Virus record (IMG/VR): IMGVR_UViG_3300044252_000049
Coordinates: 1 to 33,094 of that record
DNA length: 33,094 nucleotides
Source: a virus
Lineage: Duplodnaviria > Caudoviricetes
Direction: 5' to 3' (one strand)
Shown: positions 30,957-33,094 of the stretch, piece by piece
Position numbering within the stretch: the first letter of the stretch is position 1
How the letters are laid out: every line of letters starts with the position of its first letter
Position numbers and translations under genes: made by a program
The notes under the pieces: generated by a model
The model's database searches: none
What the model was told of the DNA's origin: nothing
Seen by the model: the letters and a program-made list of their open reading frames with translations, nothing else

Positions 30957-32687
30957 TTACTCCTTGGCGTCCCGCCCCTCGTCTTCCTGGCTGGCTTCCC
31001 AGGCCGCGTTGTAGGCGTCAAGGTCTTCCTGGGTGGCGGCCACGGTGACGTCGATGGTCGTGTTGGTCGTCTGGCCGCTGGCGAAGACGACCGACGGAGT
31101 GAACGAGCCTGCCGCCGCGTAGGCGTGGGTGGCGTACCCACCGCCGTCCACCGTGTATGGCGGGCTCTGGACCGCCGTGCCGTCACCCCAGTTGATCGAG
31201 GTGAAGTGCTGGTCGGGCGGCAACGGCGTCGATGCACCGTCAACGGGCCGGACCCCGAACGGCGCGTTGATGAGCACCCCACCGCTGCCCGGGTTCTTCT
31301 GTAGGAAGTAGGTGATGGTGATGGGGTAGTCGTTGAAGGCCGTCGTCGCGGGCTGCCAGTTCGCGGCCAGGTTCGCCGTAATGTCGAACGCGCCAGCGTT
31401 CGCGTAGGTGTGCTCGATGAAGCCGCCGTACAGCGGCGCTCGGGGGACGCGGGTGTACGGGGGCAACTGAAGTGCGGTGCCGTCGCCCCAGTCGATGGAG
31501 ACAATGTCCGCATCGGTCAGGTCGCTGGTGCCGTCCGGGTGCTCCGGGGGTTCGCCGAGGAAGCCGATGTATTCGTACAACCGGAAGTACATCGGGCTGC
31601 CGGGCGCACGCCCCGCAGCGGGCGAGACCATCGTGCTGGCCGGACCGCTCATCTCGACCGGCTCCACGAACTGCAGGGGGAAGGAGCCTTCGGCCCCGCC
31701 CACGGTCACCTGGACGGTGCCGGGCTCCTGCAGGACGTCGGTGGCGACGAGAATCCCGATCAGGTTGCTCTCGCTCATGAACTCGGTAGAGATGGGCTCG
31801 AAGTTCACATAGATGATGCTGGTCTTGGTGAAGTCGGTGCCGAACGCGTTGAGCATCCGTGGCTTGTCGATGAACTCCATCTGGGTCGGCGAGATGGAGG
31901 TGAGGATGGGCTGGGTCGGGACGTCGGGGCCGCCGCCACCGGTGACGCCGGTGATGAGGACGGCCAGGTTGCAGTCGTTGAACACGGTCACCGGAGTCTG
32001 GATCGGGACGTACCAGAGGTTGGTCGGCGCACCGTCCTGGTCGACGTCGTGGAGGGGGTCCATCACCCGGTTCGCGCCCTTGTAGACGGTCAGCGCACCA
32101 GTCACCGCGATCTGGTCGACCGGCAGCCAGCAGTTCAGCGAGATCATCGCGCCCATCACGGTCTCAAGGTGCCGGCCGACCCGGATGATCTCCTTGCCCA
32201 TCCACTGCTCGGCTAGCACCGGGTTGAGGTGGATGACCGCCTGCCCCATGTACTCGCAGCGGGCCACCTGGTCGGCGTCGGCGAGACCTCCCGCGTCGGA
32301 GGCCGGGCGCGTGTCGAAGTCGCTGATCGGGATGAACGCGCCGATGAGGTTGTCCTGGATGGTGCGGTTGACCCGCAGGTCGATGTTGCGCAGCGCACTG
32401 GCCTGCATCGAGGCCAGGTCCATCGGACCGACACACTGCAGCCCGGTGTGCACGGTGGCGGGATTGCCGGGCACCCAGGCGATGTAGCCGTAGCGGTTGA
32501 AGTTGATCGGCGCACAGGGGTACCGGACGGTCGTCACCTGGCCAGGACCGCAGGCGGTCTCGTAGACGCCGCCGTGGGCCAGGTGCGGGTCGTTGGAGGA
32601 GATGACGGTGGCGATATCCGACAGTTGGTCTACGCCTGCAGGAACCGCAGGGGTGGGGACGAGGGTGCCGGTGGGCTGCACGGACAT
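30957..32687 (-). CDS. capsid pentamer-like protein fused to IPT/TIG and PKD-like domains, 576 aa
   Basis: The N-terminal about 245 aa (GGVYETAC...P.TV..G..C...GLA...Y.GQ.VIH...L.T..G) resembles cluster B-type pentamer proteins; then PILTSISP...GTDF and two SI(D/N)WGDGT repeats. Confidence 0.6.
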   Translation of the reverse strand: MSVQPTGTLVPTPAVPAGVDQLSDIATVISSNDPHLAHGGVYETACGPGQVTTVRYPCAPINFNRYGYIAWVPGNPATVHTGLQCVGPMDLASMQASALRNIDLRVNRTIQDNLIGAFIPISDFDTRPASDAGGLADADQVARCEYMGQAVIHLNPVLAEQWMGKEIIRVGRHLETVMGAMISLNCWLPVDQIAVTGALTVYKGANRVMDPLHDVDQDGAPTNLWYVPIQTPVTVFNDCNLAVLITGVTGGGGPDVPTQPILTSISPTQMEFIDKPRMLNAFGTDFTKTSIIYVNFEPISTEFMSESNLIGILVATDVLQEPGTVQVTVGGAEGSFPLQFVEPVEMSGPASTMVSPAAGRAPGSPMYFRLYEYIGFLGEPPEHPDGTSDLTDADIVSIDWGDGTALQLPPYTRVPRAPLYGGFIEHTYANAGAFDITANLAANWQPATTAFNDYPITITYFLQKNPGSGGVLINAPFGVRPVDGASTPLPPDQHFTSINWGDGTAVQSPPYTVDGGGYATHAYAAAGSFTPSVVFASGQTTNTTIDVTVAATQEDLDAYNAAWEASQEDEGRDAKE

Positions 32688-32749
32688 GGCGCGGTTCCTT
32701 TGCTAGACGATGCGCGTGCAAGGTGCAGGGGCGCTACGCCGAGGATGAC

Positions 32750-32766
32750 AGTTACACCACGTAATC
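32750..32766. promoter_or_regulatory. degenerate palindrome copy 14 (AGTTACAC C ACGTAATC)
   Basis: Directly after the stop of 32768..33070; same TTACGT variant arm as copy 5. Confidence 0.7.
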
Positions 32767-32767
32767 A

Positions 32768-33070
32768 CTAGGGCTTCAGGTGCGCGCCGTCACAGCCGGG
32801 GTGGGGGCAGAACAGGTGCAGGTGCCCGCCGTCGTCCTTGGGCCAGTTGTCCACTCCGCTGGCCCGCCACGCATACCGTTCCCATCCGGTGCTCATGGGG
32901 GTGGTGGCCATGAGGTCTGCTGCCTTTAGGTTGCGGTGATGAGCGATCTGTACAGCAAGCGCGTTGCGCACGTAGGCCGACCGGTTCAGGTCCACCTGCT
33001 CACAGGCGGCATCGAGGGCAGCCCACAGCGCGGCCCCGAGGTTGAGGACCGCGCCGTACCTACGGGACAC
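32768..33070 (-). CDS. putative ribbon-helix-helix DNA-binding protein (may extend beyond the window)
   Basis: AVLNLGAALWAALDAACEQVDLNRSAYVRNAL fits the strand-helix-turn-RS-helix pattern of CopG/Arc; the frame stays open to the window end. Confidence 0.55.
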   Translation of the reverse strand: MSRRYGAVLNLGAALWAALDAACEQVDLNRSAYVRNALAVQIAHHRNLKAADLMATTPMSTGWERYAWRASGVDNWPKDDGGHLHLFCPHPGCDGAHLKP

Positions 33071-33094
33071 CCTGGACCGGTCTCGGGGGCGTTC

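Noticed and set aside
14620-31260. Duplicated PKD segments as a DGR template/variable repeat pair
   Set aside because: Both copies are coding, differences are not confined to adenines, and no reverse transcriptase is visible.
798-32766. Palindrome copies as a CRISPR array or integron attC sites
   Set aside because: The copies are kilobases apart with whole genes between them and are only 17 bp. GTTACAC does not fit the attC GTTRRRY core, and no cas or integrase gene is seen.
798-32766. Palindrome as a canonical parS or matS site
   Set aside because: It differs from parS (TGTTTCACGTGAAACA) and matS (GTGACRNYGTCAC) in arm sequence and spacing, and no ParB is in the window. Kept only as an analogy.
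6358-32771. Long + strand ORFs opposite the structural genes (e.g. 6358..7284, 9058..10221, 10371..11639, 19167..20285, 21533..22675)
   Set aside because: These are antisense shadows expected in high-GC DNA, with no motifs or SDs, and they fully overlap well-supported - strand genes.

Overview
GC-rich segment of a tailed actinobacteriophage (siphovirus) genome or prophage with two converging gene blocks. Bases 1-3896 (+) hold small, often Cys-rich non-structural genes, including a HicA-like ORF, and end at a strong hairpin terminator (3919-3964). Bases 4065-33070 (-) hold a lysis/packaging/virion block. Read right to left it has an RHH-like protein, a capsid-pentamer-like protein fused to Ig/PKD domains, holin-like, collagen-like, amidase-PGBD-M23 endolysin, terminase large subunit, DUF1360-like, YhhQ/VUT transporter plus DpdA/TGT-like enzyme, portal, MuF-protease fusion, major capsid (hexamer type), tail tube, a head-tail adaptor fused to PKD repeats, tail terminator, gp10-like, tail assembly chaperones (one duplicated), tape measure, Dit, Tal-like and two distal tail proteins. 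The clearest unexplained signal is a 17-bp palindrome, RRTTACAC-S-GTGTAAYY. I counted 10 copies with a perfect 13-bp core and 4 near-perfect copies, almost all at gene junctions and often fused to a stop codon. All family calls come from recognising motifs and synteny by eye, not from database searches.
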